DNA from: Armatimonadota bacterium
GTDB taxonomy: Bacteria > Armatimonadota > Fimbriimonadia > Fimbriimonadales > Fimbriimonadaceae
NCBI GenBank assembly: GCA_031400935.1
Contig: JANNQV010000065.1
Location: 62,001 to 126,000, forward strand
DNA length: 64,000 nucleotides
Reading direction: 5' to 3'
This document shows positions 19,415-29,226 of this stretch, in pieces. Each line of letters opens with the position of its first letter. The first letter of the stretch is position 1. Both the position numbers and the translations under genes were made by a program. The notes beneath the pieces were generated by a model, which saw only the letters and a program-made list of their open reading frames with translations, made no database searches and was not told the origin of the DNA.

Positions 19415-19762
19415 ATGGCTCTACTTCAAGAACCTGGACTCTTCGGCACAAAGAAGCAAACAGAGCTTCTCATTCTCCTATGCCTCTTAGAAGAAACCTA
19501 CGCAAGAGAAATGTCAGCTCTAACAGGCACATCGCTCATCAGCGTTCAAAATTATTTTGAAAAGCTAGAACGGCTCGGCATCGTCGCCACAAGGATAATC
19601 GGAAAGGAACGAAGAATAACACTAAACCCAAGATACTTTGCACTCAAGGAACTGAAAGTACTACTTGCTAAGCTTCAAGAAGCAAGCCCGCGAATTGAAG
19701 AGTTAGCGGCATCCATCCGGCGAAGGCCACGTGCAAAAGGAAAGAGCCTTGATTATCAATAA
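19415..19762 (+). CDS. Winged-helix DNA-binding protein (putative antitoxin/autorepressor)
   Basis: LFG...TELLILL...YAREMS......SVQ....KLERLGIV...IGKER wHTH pattern; basic C-terminus. Confidence 0.7.
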   Translation: MALLQEPGLFGTKKQTELLILLCLLEETYAREMSALTGTSLISVQNYFEKLERLGIVATRIIGKERRITLNPRYFALKELKVLLAKLQEASPRIEELAASIRRRPRAKGKSLDYQ

Positions 19763-20285
19763 GTCGCAAACTATAAGAGAAATCGCATTTATCGTTTGTA
19801 CAGCCCTAAACAACTCCAAAGAAATAGCCGTACTGACAGGAGGCGCAGCAGCCCATGTTCATGCTCCAAATTCTGTAACTTCCGATGACCTGAACTTTGT
19901 CCTCTCCATTTGGTCTCAAGACGAATTAGCCAGACAATCTCTGGTGGCAATTGGCTTTTATCGTGAGGGCAGATACTTAAAGCATCCCGAAACCCCCTTT
20001 TGGATAGAATTCCCCAATGGTCCCCTCAGTATCGGCGACGACACCCAAATTTCGTACATGACAATTGAAGAAAACGGACAACTACTCCACGTATTGAATC
20101 CAACTGATTCCGTACGTGACCGACTCATAGCGTACTACGCTTGGAACGACCTATCGAGCCTACAATCGGCGATAGCCGTTGCCCTCAACAACGAAATTGA
20201 CCTCGAACTCATTCGTACATGGTCACAAAAAGAAAACTCGCTCGAGAAGTTCGAAGTGTTCCTTCGACGTCTTGAGCGAGCCTGA
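19731..20285 (+). CDS. Nucleotidyltransferase-fold protein (AbiEii/DUF6036-like putative toxin)
   Basis: AVLTGGAAA...TSDDLNFV (GG..D-x-D-like motif), WIEFP; overlaps the wHTH gene. Confidence 0.6.
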   Translation: MQKERALIINKSQTIREIAFIVCTALNNSKEIAVLTGGAAAHVHAPNSVTSDDLNFVLSIWSQDELARQSLVAIGFYREGRYLKHPETPFWIEFPNGPLSIGDDTQISYMTIEENGQLLHVLNPTDSVRDRLIAYYAWNDLSSLQSAIAVALNNEIDLELIRTWSQKENSLEKFEVFLRRLERA

Positions 20286-20306
20286 CTGAAATCAAATGAA
20301 ACCCTG

Positions 20307-22049
20307 CTATGCAGCCTTTTCCATTTCTGAGAAAACGGCCTCGTCAAAGTCAATGTCATCAATTCCAATAATCCTTTGAACTTCTGAAATTGAAGTTTCG
20401 CCCAACACCACTTTTCGCAAAGCGTCAATGATCATCGGCTCGAATCCTGTGGCTTTGGCAGCACGAACGACTTCAACAAGCGGGACTTGGTTCGCAATTG
20501 CGTTTGCAATATCATCGCTGATGGACATTGCTTCATGAACACCAACTCGTCCTCTGAAGCCGGTTCGGGAACATTTTGCACAGCCCTTTTCTTCAAAGAG
20601 CACGGCTCCATCAATGCCAAGAGCTTTAGAAACAAAGCTCGAAACCTTTGGATTATTTGATGGCACACGACAATCCGGGCAAAGCCTTCGAACTAGTCTT
20701 TGAGCTGTAACACCGACCAAACATGTGCTAAGCATATACGGATCAATTCCCAGATCAATGAGTCTCGGAATCGCATTGGGTGCATCGTTGCAGTGCAGCG
20801 TAGACAAAACCAGATGTCCTGTCATTGCTGCTCGAACAGCCGTTTCAACTGTCTCTGTGTCTCGGATTTCGCCAACGAGAATCATGTCTGGGTCTTGGCG
20901 AAGGCACGACTTCAACAGATTTGCAAATGTAAGGCCAACTTTGTCGTGTGTACTCGCTTGGCTTATGCCTTCAATCTCATATTCGACAGGGTCCTCGCAA
21001 GTCATGATGTTTTTTGCATCATTGCGCATCGCCTTTAGAGCAGCATACAGCGTAGTCGTCTTTCCTGAACCTGTTGGTCCAGTAACGAGAACTAGGCCGT
21101 GTGGCTTCCGAATGAAGCTCTTGAATCGAGAATGATTTTGCTCGCCAAAACCGAGTTCACCCAATTCTCTCAACGAGATGGTTTTGTCCAGAATTCGAAG
21201 AACGATTCTTGGACCATGATATCCCGGTTGAACGGAAACGCGGAGGTCAATATCTCGCCCGTCAACTGATGCGTTGATTCGGCCGTCTTGAGGAACTCGA
21301 TGTTCTACAACATCAAGGTCGGCCATGATTTTCAAGCGCACTGCGACCATCGGCAACATTTCCATCGGAAAATCGAGAACCTTTCTAAGTTGCCCGTCTA
21401 CCCGATATCGAACACAAAGTTTGTTGGAGCCCGGTTCAATATGAACATCGGATGCGCCAAGCCGAACTGCCTCGGAAAGGATCTGATTCACGACTTCGAT
21501 GACAGGACGTACGTCTTCATCCGAGAGCATTGATTTTTCGCGAACCTTGCTGTTTTTCGAGCCAAAGTCTTGAATCGCCCGATTCACAAGAGAATCCATT
21601 CCGGCAAATTTGTTCTCAATTGAACTCAGTTTGCCGAAAAGTTCGTCAATGTCTTCGGCGTCAACGTACACAGTTTCTATCCGGTACTTTGTAAAGTTTC
21701 TAGCTAAATCAATCCCTTGAATATCAAGGGGGTTTTTCATCGCTAAAGTCAGCAAATTGCCTCTCAACTGAACTGGAATGAAGTCATGCTTCTTGCATAT
21801 CTCCAGCGGAATCATGTTGATTACTTCTGCAGAAGGTGGGTCTTCACTCAAGAACCAAGGACCGACTCCCAACTGTGCTGAAAGTGCCTTGACCACCATT
21901 GGCCTTGTTACGAATCCGCATTGCACCAATATCTTTCCCAATGGCGCTGGATTCTGTCTCTGAATTTCTAGCCCTGAATTCAGTTGCTCTCGAGTTATAA
22001 GCCGCTGTGATATCAGTAGCTCGCCTAATACTTGTCCTTGTTTAGCCAT
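20307..22049 (-). CDS. GspE/PulE/PilB-family assembly ATPase with a MshEN-like N-terminus
   Basis: ASDVHIEP, PQDGRI, GPTGSGKTTTLY, EDPVE, LRQDPD..LVGEIRD, GHLVLSTLH, CPDC/CAKC; start taken at MAKQG. Confidence 0.92.
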   Translation of the reverse strand: MAKQGQVLGELLISQRLITREQLNSGLEIQRQNPAPLGKILVQCGFVTRPMVVKALSAQLGVGPWFLSEDPPSAEVINMIPLEICKKHDFIPVQLRGNLLTLAMKNPLDIQGIDLARNFTKYRIETVYVDAEDIDELFGKLSSIENKFAGMDSLVNRAIQDFGSKNSKVREKSMLSDEDVRPVIEVVNQILSEAVRLGASDVHIEPGSNKLCVRYRVDGQLRKVLDFPMEMLPMVAVRLKIMADLDVVEHRVPQDGRINASVDGRDIDLRVSVQPGYHGPRIVLRILDKTISLRELGELGFGEQNHSRFKSFIRKPHGLVLVTGPTGSGKTTTLYAALKAMRNDAKNIMTCEDPVEYEIEGISQASTHDKVGLTFANLLKSCLRQDPDMILVGEIRDTETVETAVRAAMTGHLVLSTLHCNDAPNAIPRLIDLGIDPYMLSTCLVGVTAQRLVRRLCPDCRVPSNNPKVSSFVSKALGIDGAVLFEEKGCAKCSRTGFRGRVGVHEAMSISDDIANAIANQVPLVEVVRAAKATGFEPMIIDALRKVVLGETSISEVQRIIGIDDIDFDEAVFSEMEKAA

Positions 22050-22207
22050 ACAATAATCCCTAGATGGATTTTCGGAATTGGCACTGTCGGAAATTAGGCA
22101 TTCAGCAGCATTAGATTGCATTCAGTTCAATAACTGGCAATTTGACGGGCTAACCACCTTTAGGATTTGGTTTAATTTGCCGGGATTCGACTCAGGCAAG
22201 TGTGCAT

Positions 22208-23467
22208 CTACGGCTTAAACTTTCGAAAGACGAGCGAAACATTGTGCCCGCCAAATCCGAAACTGTTCGAAAGTGTTGCGTCAATCGTTGCTTTCCGAGC
22301 CAAATTGGGTACGTAATCTAAATCGCATTCCGGATCGGGAGTATTGTAGTTAACTGTTGGTGGAAGCATCCCGTCCCGCATTGCCAAGAGGCAAAATACA
22401 GCTTCGATCGCACCCGCAGCGCCAAGCATGTGCCCAATCATGGACTTTGTCGAGCTAACCGCAAGCTTGTAAGCGTGATCTCCAAAAACAGCCTTAATTG
22501 ACCTCGTTTCCGACTTGTCGTTCAATTGCGTTGACGTACCGTGCGCATTGATGTATTGAATTTCTTCCGGCTGCATATTGGCATTTCGCAGTGCCATTTT
22601 CATCGCCCGAATAGCGCCTGATCCTTCAGGGTCGGGAGCAGTGATATGGAAAGCGTCGCCCGTCATGCCGTATCCTACGATTTCGCCGTAAATCTTTGCG
22701 CCTCGCGCCAACGCATGATCCATGTCTTCAACTATTACAATTGCGCCACCTTCTGCCATTACAAAGCCATCTCTGTTCAAATCAAATGGACGGGATGCAC
22801 CCAAGGGATCGCTGTTATTTGTTGTCATTGCGCGCGCCGCACAAAATCCAGCCAACCCAATATCGTTAATTGGAGCTTCGCAACCGCCTGTTACCATGGC
22901 GACTGCATCACCCCTTTTGACAGTGTGGTAGGCGACGCCAATTGCGTCCGCGCCTGTGCTGCATGCGCTTACGACGCAAGTATTTGGACCTTTAAGACCA
23001 TGCTGAATCGAAGTGAAACCCGACGCCATATCGGGAATCATATATGGCACCAAGAACGGCGATACTTTGCTCGGGCCCTCTGCATGAAGTCGTCTGCACT
23101 GGTCGCTTACAAGCGTCATTCCGCCGATGCCCGAACCGATGAGGACTCCAATCTCTTCGGCTATGTCCCCTTCTGTGGGAATTCCGGAGTCTCGAAGCGC
23201 CATTGTTGATGCGGCTGCTCCAAAAATGATGAACCTGTCCAAGCGGTTGGCGTCCTTTCGGTCAACCCAATCTTCCGCAGTAAAATCAGTTACTTCGCCT
23301 GCAATGTGCGTGGCAAAATCGGTGGGATCAAGCAAAGTGATCGGCGCAATGCCAGATTCGCCTTTAAGTATTCGCGGCCAAAAAACATCAACACCAGTAC
23401 CAAGGGGTGTTACTCCCCCTACTCCGGTCACTACCACCCGGCCTGAAGGACGGAACGAATACCCCAT
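22208..23467 (-). CDS. fabF: 3-oxoacyl-ACP synthase II
   Basis: SACSTG, INAHGTST, KSMIGHMLGAAG, SNSFGFGGHN; follows acpP. Confidence 0.96.
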   Translation of the reverse strand: MGYSFRPSGRVVVTGVGGVTPLGTGVDVFWPRILKGESGIAPITLLDPTDFATHIAGEVTDFTAEDWVDRKDANRLDRFIIFGAAASTMALRDSGIPTEGDIAEEIGVLIGSGIGGMTLVSDQCRRLHAEGPSKVSPFLVPYMIPDMASGFTSIQHGLKGPNTCVVSACSTGADAIGVAYHTVKRGDAVAMVTGGCEAPINDIGLAGFCAARAMTTNNSDPLGASRPFDLNRDGFVMAEGGAIVIVEDMDHALARGAKIYGEIVGYGMTGDAFHITAPDPEGSGAIRAMKMALRNANMQPEEIQYINAHGTSTQLNDKSETRSIKAVFGDHAYKLAVSSTKSMIGHMLGAAGAIEAVFCLLAMRDGMLPPTVNYNTPDPECDLDYVPNLARKATIDATLSNSFGFGGHNVSLVFRKFKP

Positions 23468-23478
23468 AGTGTGAAACG

Positions 23479-23715
23479 CTACTTCTTTTTAGTGATATAG
23501 TCAACGGCACTTTGCACCGTCTTGATGTCACCAACTTCTTCGTCAGGAATGTTGATGCTGAATTCGTCTTCGAATCCCATAACCAACTCAACCACATCAA
23601 GCGAATCTGCACCCAAATCTTCTTGGAACGAAGACTTTGGCGTCACTTCTTCTTCCTTTACGCCTAGTTTCTCGACTGTAACTCTCTTAACTCTTTCTAA
23701 AATCTCTGCTGACAT
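23479..23715 (-). CDS. acpP: Acyl carrier protein
   Basis: [14 protein letters not shown]. Confidence 0.97.
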   Translation of the reverse strand: MSAEILERVKRVTVEKLGVKEEEVTPKSSFQEDLGADSLDVVELVMGFEDEFSINIPDEEVGDIKTVQSAVDYITKKK

Positions 23716-23813
23716 TGTTGCACCTTACCATTTGAAGTACGTTTTTCGTATCCCCGCAATTCTTCAAGGACCTTTATTATGCAAGATTTCGGTGCGAAAG
23801 GCCTAGGGATTTG

Positions 23814-23890
23814 TTTGTGAGTGCGCGGGCTTGATCGCGCTTTGGAATTGGATACGGGAAAATGCGCGGTCAAGACCGCGCACTCACAAA
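23814..23890. repeat. REP-like inverted repeat element (copy 1)
   Basis: Arms 23814-23840 and 23864-23890 are 25/27 complementary; the unit AGTGCGCGGGCTTGAYCGCGC recurs at 61772-61924. Confidence 0.85.
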
Positions 23891-24823
23891 TTACGAACGC
23901 ACCTCAATTTGAACCTGAGGCATCAAGCGATCAATATCTTCTTTCGAGCCTATAGAAGCGCCATCCGAAAGAGCCGTCGCAGCGCCAGCTGAAACACCCC
24001 ATCTCATTGCATCTTCAATCGTTTTCCCCTGAATCAGCGATGCTAGGAACGCACCGATGAGCGAATCACCGCTTCCGATTGTGCTCTTCGCTTCAATTTT
24101 CGGCGGTCGAGCTAGAATTGCAACTCCTTTAGTTGCAAGCGCTGCACCGAGCGAACCCATACTTACGATTGGGATATTGATACCGCGCTCCAACAGCATT
24201 CGAGACGCTAAGAGTGCTTGATCCAGATTTCCGATTGAGATGCTCAAAAGGCGCTCGATTTCTTCCCGATTCGGCTTCACCATATCTGGCGATTGTGAAA
24301 TGGCAGCCAACATTGATTCACCATCTGCATCGAGGCACACTTTTTGGTTTGCTTCATGAACCCTCTGAACCAGGTCCGAATAGACTGAAGTTGGCAATTC
24401 TGGAGGAATCGAGCCTCCGATTTCTACCCATTCCGCCTTCAGAAGCCAATGGTCAAACCGTTCCAAAAACCGTTGCCAGTTTTCCTCAGTAACGGATGGG
24501 CCGCGTTCATTTAAAGTCGTTGGCGGATTCCCGGAACCATCCTCAATCGAAACATTGAGTCTAGTTTCGCCTTTCACGTCAATAAAATCATGGTGAACGC
24601 CTTCTTTATCGAGAACGTGGCGCACAAATTGCCCTGGGCCACCTGCGACAAAGCCCAAAGCAACCGTTTCGACGCCCATAGCCTTGGCAATTCGAGCGAC
24701 ATTGACTCCCTTTCCCCCTGCATCCGTTTCAGATCGAGTGATCCGATTGGTTTCGCTTGGGGTAAAGCCGTTCACAAATACCGTTCGATCTACGCTTGGA
24801 TTTAGGGTGACGGTTACGATCAT
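23891..24823 (-). CDS. 1-phosphofructokinase family hexose kinase (PfkB/FruK)
   Basis: TVTLNPSVD, AGGKGVNVA, KPNREE, STIGSGDS. Confidence 0.92.
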   Translation of the reverse strand: MIVTVTLNPSVDRTVFVNGFTPSETNRITRSETDAGGKGVNVARIAKAMGVETVALGFVAGGPGQFVRHVLDKEGVHHDFIDVKGETRLNVSIEDGSGNPPTTLNERGPSVTEENWQRFLERFDHWLLKAEWVEIGGSIPPELPTSVYSDLVQRVHEANQKVCLDADGESMLAAISQSPDMVKPNREEIERLLSISIGNLDQALLASRMLLERGINIPIVSMGSLGAALATKGVAILARPPKIEAKSTIGSGDSLIGAFLASLIQGKTIEDAMRWGVSAGAATALSDGASIGSKEDIDRLMPQVQIEVRS

Positions 24824-24826
24824 TTT

Positions 24827-25789
24827 CTATTGCGCCATCATCTCAGCCAAAAGCAGCTTATCAGGATTGACCGTTCGCTCCGTGCTCAAAACGTATTTTA
24901 GAGGATGCGAAACAAGCTTCCCTCCATCTACTCCGGCCATTTCGCACGTAAAACCTGAAATCAGCCTATTGGCTGCAAACGCTCCCAGCCTAAGCGCCAA
25001 TACTCGATCAAATGCAGTCGGAGAACCGCCCCTTTGAATGTGCCCAAGCACCATTACACGTACATCAAAGTCGCTGTTCTTTTCAATGAATTTCTTGATG
25101 TCTTCGCCTCGCGCGGCACCTTCGGCAACCAAAATCATGCTGCTGTGCTTGCCCCGTTTCGCGGCAAGGCGCAAGTTTTCACAAATGTCGAACAGTGAAA
25201 ATGGAATTTCTGGAATGAGGATTTCTTCAGCGCCTCCCGCCAATCCAGCTTCGACCGCAATGTATCCATTTTTTCGGCCCATGACTTCAATGACGAAGAC
25301 TCTTTCATGTGAATATGCCGTGTCCCTAAGGCGATCAATTGCTTCGACTGCGGTATTCACTGCGGTATCGAATCCAACCGAATAGTCGGTCCCCGAAATG
25401 TCATTGTCGATGGACCCTGGGACACCCATAACAGGAAAAGTGAATTCATTTGAAAGGATCAATGCGCCGGTAAGCGAGCCATCACCTCCGATCACCACCA
25501 ATCCTTCGACTTCATTTGCAACTAAATTGTCGTGAGCCTTCTGTCGTCCTTCGGGAGTTCGAAATTCCTGGCTCCGGGCCGTTCGCAGAATTGTGCCACC
25601 ACGGTCAATAATGCCTCCTACAGCCTTTGACGGCAGGTCTATGAATTCATTTTCAATCACTCCTTGCCATCCGTGAAGGAAACCGATGGAACTGCATCCT
25701 CTGCCAAGGGCGGCACGAACTACAGCCCGAATCGCCGCATTCATGCCTGGAGAATCACCTCCGCTCGTAATTACTCCTATTTTTTTCAT
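24827..25789 (-). CDS. pfkA: ATP-dependent 6-phosphofructokinase
   Basis: TSGGDSPGMNAAIR, GGDGS, PGSIDND, EVMGR, LGHIQRGG. Confidence 0.96.
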   Translation of the reverse strand: MKKIGVITSGGDSPGMNAAIRAVVRAALGRGCSSIGFLHGWQGVIENEFIDLPSKAVGGIIDRGGTILRTARSQEFRTPEGRQKAHDNLVANEVEGLVVIGGDGSLTGALILSNEFTFPVMGVPGSIDNDISGTDYSVGFDTAVNTAVEAIDRLRDTAYSHERVFVIEVMGRKNGYIAVEAGLAGGAEEILIPEIPFSLFDICENLRLAAKRGKHSSMILVAEGAARGEDIKKFIEKNSDFDVRVMVLGHIQRGGSPTAFDRVLALRLGAFAANRLISGFTCEMAGVDGGKLVSHPLKYVLSTERTVNPDKLLLAEMMAQ

Positions 25790-25873
25790 TTGCGTAAGGT
25801 AGGGACGGGGGGAATGTCGTTTTGGGATTTGACTTTGGGTTAGATCGGGTTGGTTCGTGTGTTCAGGAAAGAG

Positions 25874-25938
25874 ATAGGACTAATTGGACAGATAGGACAC
25901 ATTCGTCCTACAAGTCCTACCAGTCTTACAAGTCCTAT
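25874..25938. repeat. Bipartite inverted microsatellite (9-bp units ATAGGACnn then nnGTCCTAY)
   Basis: ataggacta attggacag ataggacac, followed by gtcctacaa gtcctacca gtcttacaa gtcctat. Confidence 0.75.
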
Positions 25939-26006
25939 GAAAACTATCCACCTTGAACCAACCCAGACAAATCCGCACCAGAAAGAAAGAGTAGAATCTC
26001 GGTTCA

Positions 26007-27125
26007 TTGCAATCGCCTAGCCCACTACAAAACCCCGCCATCGCCTTGGCGAGAGAAACAGCAATCTTAGACCGATTCGATTCGCTTGGCCGAGCAGCCC
26101 AAGCGATACGCGATTTTGGGTGCGATACAGCAATCGTCACGGAATCGGGAAAGGTTGTCGGCTGGATTGACGAAAAGTGTCTTTTGAAAGCGCAAATGGA
26201 GGGTGATGTTGGCACATCCTCAATCGAAAGCTATTTTGACCGTGAGTTCCATTCGATTCAAGCAAACGAAACAGGCGCATCTGCATTGAGGCAATTCGAG
26301 TTTTCTGGAGCTAGATGTTTAGTCGTTCTCGACTCGTTTGGTGCCGCCGTAGGGATACTTTATCCATCTGATCTCCTTTCGCGCCCGCTAGCCGAAGCTA
26401 GACCCCAAATGGTTGGAGGAATGGCGACTCCATTTGGCGTTTATTTGACGAACGGAAAAATTCGGGCTGGAGCAAAAGATTTCCCTCTATTGGCAACGGG
26501 AGCTTTGCTGTTCTCGATGTTCATCTGTGCAATGTTTGCGTCCGATGCGATAGCAACTCTTTGGGTTCAGTCTTTTGGAAATAGTGACCTTGTAGCCACA
26601 ATTCAACAAGATGCATTCCCCACTTTCTTGTTCCTTCTTGCAATGCGGCTTCTGCCGCTAGCGGGCATTCATGCTGCAGAACACAAAGTCGTCCACGCAA
26701 TTGAGCGAGGCGAACCTTTGATTCCTGAAATTGTGGAAAGAATGCCCCGGGTTCACCCAAGGTGCGGTACGAATTTGGCGGCCGCTGCTGGCTTGTTTTT
26801 GGGATTGATGAACTCGACTTGGATTGCAGATTCTGAATTAAGGTTGCTTGTTGCAGCTCTAGCAACGTTGATGTTTTGGCGGCCCTTGGGCAGTTTGCTT
26901 CAGTTTTGGGTAACGACGCGACCCCCAAATGCGAACCAACTTGAAATGGGAATTTCAGCAGGAAAAGAATTGCTCCAAAAGTATCAAGTAGATCGAGAGC
27001 GAACTGCGAGCCCGTTTGTTCGGATTTATTGCAGCGGAATGATTCATGTAATGGCGGGCTCGATGCTAATGTACGGGTTGCTTGAACTTATTGCATGGGC
27101 ATTTCAAATCAACATCCTGATCTGA
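26007..27125 (+). CDS. CBS-pair plus DUF1385 membrane protein
   Basis: N-terminal CBS-like repeats (VVGWIDEKCL; AVGILYPSDL); GGMA..FGV, HAAEHK and HPRCGT of DUF1385. Confidence 0.75.
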   Translation: MQSPSPLQNPAIALARETAILDRFDSLGRAAQAIRDFGCDTAIVTESGKVVGWIDEKCLLKAQMEGDVGTSSIESYFDREFHSIQANETGASALRQFEFSGARCLVVLDSFGAAVGILYPSDLLSRPLAEARPQMVGGMATPFGVYLTNGKIRAGAKDFPLLATGALLFSMFICAMFASDAIATLWVQSFGNSDLVATIQQDAFPTFLFLLAMRLLPLAGIHAAEHKVVHAIERGEPLIPEIVERMPRVHPRCGTNLAAAAGLFLGLMNSTWIADSELRLLVAALATLMFWRPLGSLLQFWVTTRPPNANQLEMGISAGKELLQKYQVDRERTASPFVRIYCSGMIHVMAGSMLMYGLLELIAWAFQINILI

Positions 27126-27165
27126 TGTTGACCCAGCAGGTACAATGACTTTTTGAGGTTGGACT

Positions 27166-27411
27166 TTGGGATCTACTGGCTATACAATTTTTCTGGTACT
27201 TGGGTGCGTAGTCGCGCTCGCATTTTCAGTTCTTGTCTTTTTTACAAGCAAGGGCGATGCGATGTCTGGCGGAAGCAATGTTCGAACTACTTACAAAGGC
27301 AAAGCCGGGTTTGACGATTTCGTTTCAAGACTCGTTTTAATTCTGGGATGCTCATTTATGGGCATTATGCTAATCCTTGATATTCTTGCTGCTCGCGCTG
27401 CCAGTAACTAG
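27166..27411 (+). CDS. secG: Preprotein translocase subunit SecG
   Basis: 81 aa; two TM segments joined by the loop SKGDAMSGGS. Confidence 0.7.
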   Translation: MGSTGYTIFLVLGCVVALAFSVLVFFTSKGDAMSGGSNVRTTYKGKAGFDDFVSRLVLILGCSFMGIMLILDILAARAASN

Positions 27412-27475
27412 TGTTCGAGTAAGCAGAACTGGGAACGCTCCATGCAATTGCAGTAGCCCTCACCCTTAACCCTGA

Positions 27476-28222
27476 TTATCCGAGCAGCGCTCTCAAATCT
27501 TGACCATACCATTGGTTCTTTGGCGGCTTGGCGGTCGTCCCCGTCAAAACTAGAAATGTCTGGCAGTTGGCACGATTTCCTGCCTCAATGTCGGTATCCA
27601 TGCGATCACCGATTACGAGCATGTTTTCAAAATCTACTTTGGAATCCTCACGGATTCTTTCAAGCAAAAAAGTTTCTGGCTTTCCAATAACGATTGGCTC
27701 AATCTGAGTGCAAGCTCGAATAGCCGCAACTGTCGCCCCAGCGCCGGGTTGAAAGGCTCCATTTTCGATTGGATAGGCAGAATCATTATTCGTGGCAACG
27801 AAGGTAGAGCCTCCTGAAACTAGCTGCATTGCTTCGTTGATCCAGGCATAAGTCAGCGAACGGCAAATCCCGGCAATAACAACCTCGGGATTTGTTTTGG
27901 TTACCGAAATTCCATAATCCAACAGAGTTTCAGTTAATCCGCTTTCGCCCACCACGAACGCACGATTGAGGTTTCTTTGCTGCATCCAAAGTACTGCGCC
28001 CATCGCGGAAGTGTAGATTTCGTGCAGTTCAGGATTGAATCCCATTGAACTCAATTTCGCGCAAATTTGCTTTGGATGGGAACCGGAATTATTGGTTAGA
28101 AAGCGTATTTGGGCACCCTCTTTTCGCAAGCTTTGGATAACCTCTACGGAATGAGGAATAACCTCCGAGCCTCGATACAAAGTGCCATCAAGGTCAAAGA
28201 CGTACAACTTAGGCGGGCTCAT
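27476..28222 (-). CDS. HAD-IIA family hydrolase (NagD-like)
   Basis: FDLDGTLY, LTNNS, IGKP, IGDRMDTDI. Confidence 0.92.
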   Translation of the reverse strand: MSPPKLYVFDLDGTLYRGSEVIPHSVEVIQSLRKEGAQIRFLTNNSGSHPKQICAKLSSMGFNPELHEIYTSAMGAVLWMQQRNLNRAFVVGESGLTETLLDYGISVTKTNPEVVIAGICRSLTYAWINEAMQLVSGGSTFVATNNDSAYPIENGAFQPGAGATVAAIRACTQIEPIVIGKPETFLLERIREDSKVDFENMLVIGDRMDTDIEAGNRANCQTFLVLTGTTAKPPKNQWYGQDLRALLG

Positions 28223-29226
28223 TTCGATCGCAGAATGACAAAATCTGAAACGCTTCGCAAAACGTCAACTTCGGGACTATTTGGGAGCTGGTTTAGAGCA
28301 TCTTTGGCTTCAGTAACAAACTTCATGGCCTCAACTTCAGCCGAACGAAACGCACCGGATTGGGATATCAAATTGTAAATCTTCTGGCCTTCCAATTCTG
28401 TTAACGCCTTTCCAAAGTGGCCCGCCAATTCATCTGTTTTCGGGCTATCCGATTTCTCTATAAGTTCGATCAACGGCAAAGTCGCACATCCTTCTTGGAA
28501 GTCTGCTAATTTTGGCTTGCCAGTTGACTTCGAATCGCCGCAATAATCAAGCAAATCGTCCGCAATTTGAAACGCCATTCCGATTGAAAGTCCAAACGAT
28601 TCGAGCGCATGGCCCTTGAAATCTTCGGCTTTTGCAGCCATTGCTCCAACTGCACAGCAACACTCGATAAAAGTGGCCGTTTTCCTTCGAAGGACTTCAA
28701 AATATTCTTCCTTTGAAAGGTAAAGATTGCCCCTGTGACTCAGTTCGAGCGTTTCCCCTTCCGCAAGATCAACAACGACCGAAGAAACGCGCTGAATGAT
28801 CTCAAGATCGCCATCGAGAGCTAGAATTCGCATGGCTTTGGCAAGCATCACATCGCCAGACAGTATCGCAGCCGTATTGCCAAAGACTGATGCTGCGGTT
28901 GGGACGCCTCGACGGGTTTTCGCCTCGTCAATCACGTCGTCATGAACCAGAGTCGCCATGTGGATGAGTTCCATGCAAGTACCAAGTCTTCTGGTTCGGT
29001 TGGCATCATAGTCGTTGCCCGTCGCCGCTGCGCTCAGGGTAACCAATGCCGGTCGCAATCGTTTCCCGCCAGCGTTCAAAGTGTGTAAGCCAATACTTTG
29101 GACCAAATCTACTTCAGAACAAAGTTGTTCTCTCAACTCATTTTCGCCCAAGGCGATTTCCTCACTCAACCTGGCGAGAACTTCTGCGGCTCCAGGATCA
29201 GCGGAAGCGAGAAATGCGGCGGTCAT
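28219..29226 (-). CDS. Polyprenyl diphosphate synthase
   Basis: GGKRLRP, LVHDDVID..RRG, FQIADDLLD; start MTAAF forms an ATGA overlap with the upstream methyltransferase. Confidence 0.93.
   Translation of the reverse strand: MTAAFLASADPGAAEVLARLSEEIALGENELREQLCSEVDLVQSIGLHTLNAGGKRLRPALVTLSAAATGNDYDANRTRRLGTCMELIHMATLVHDDVIDEAKTRRGVPTAASVFGNTAAILSGDVMLAKAMRILALDGDLEIIQRVSSVVVDLAEGETLELSHRGNLYLSKEEYFEVLRRKTATFIECCCAVGAMAAKAEDFKGHALESFGLSIGMAFQIADDLLDYCGDSKSTGKPKLADFQEGCATLPLIELIEKSDSPKTDELAGHFGKALTELEGQKIYNLISQSGAFRSAEVEAMKFVTEAKDALNQLPNSPEVDVLRSVSDFVILRSK

Noticed and set aside
22068..22097. Sigma28-like CTAAT-N16-TCCGAAAA upstream of the PilB-like gene
   Set aside because: Too many mismatches to call without a genome-specific model.
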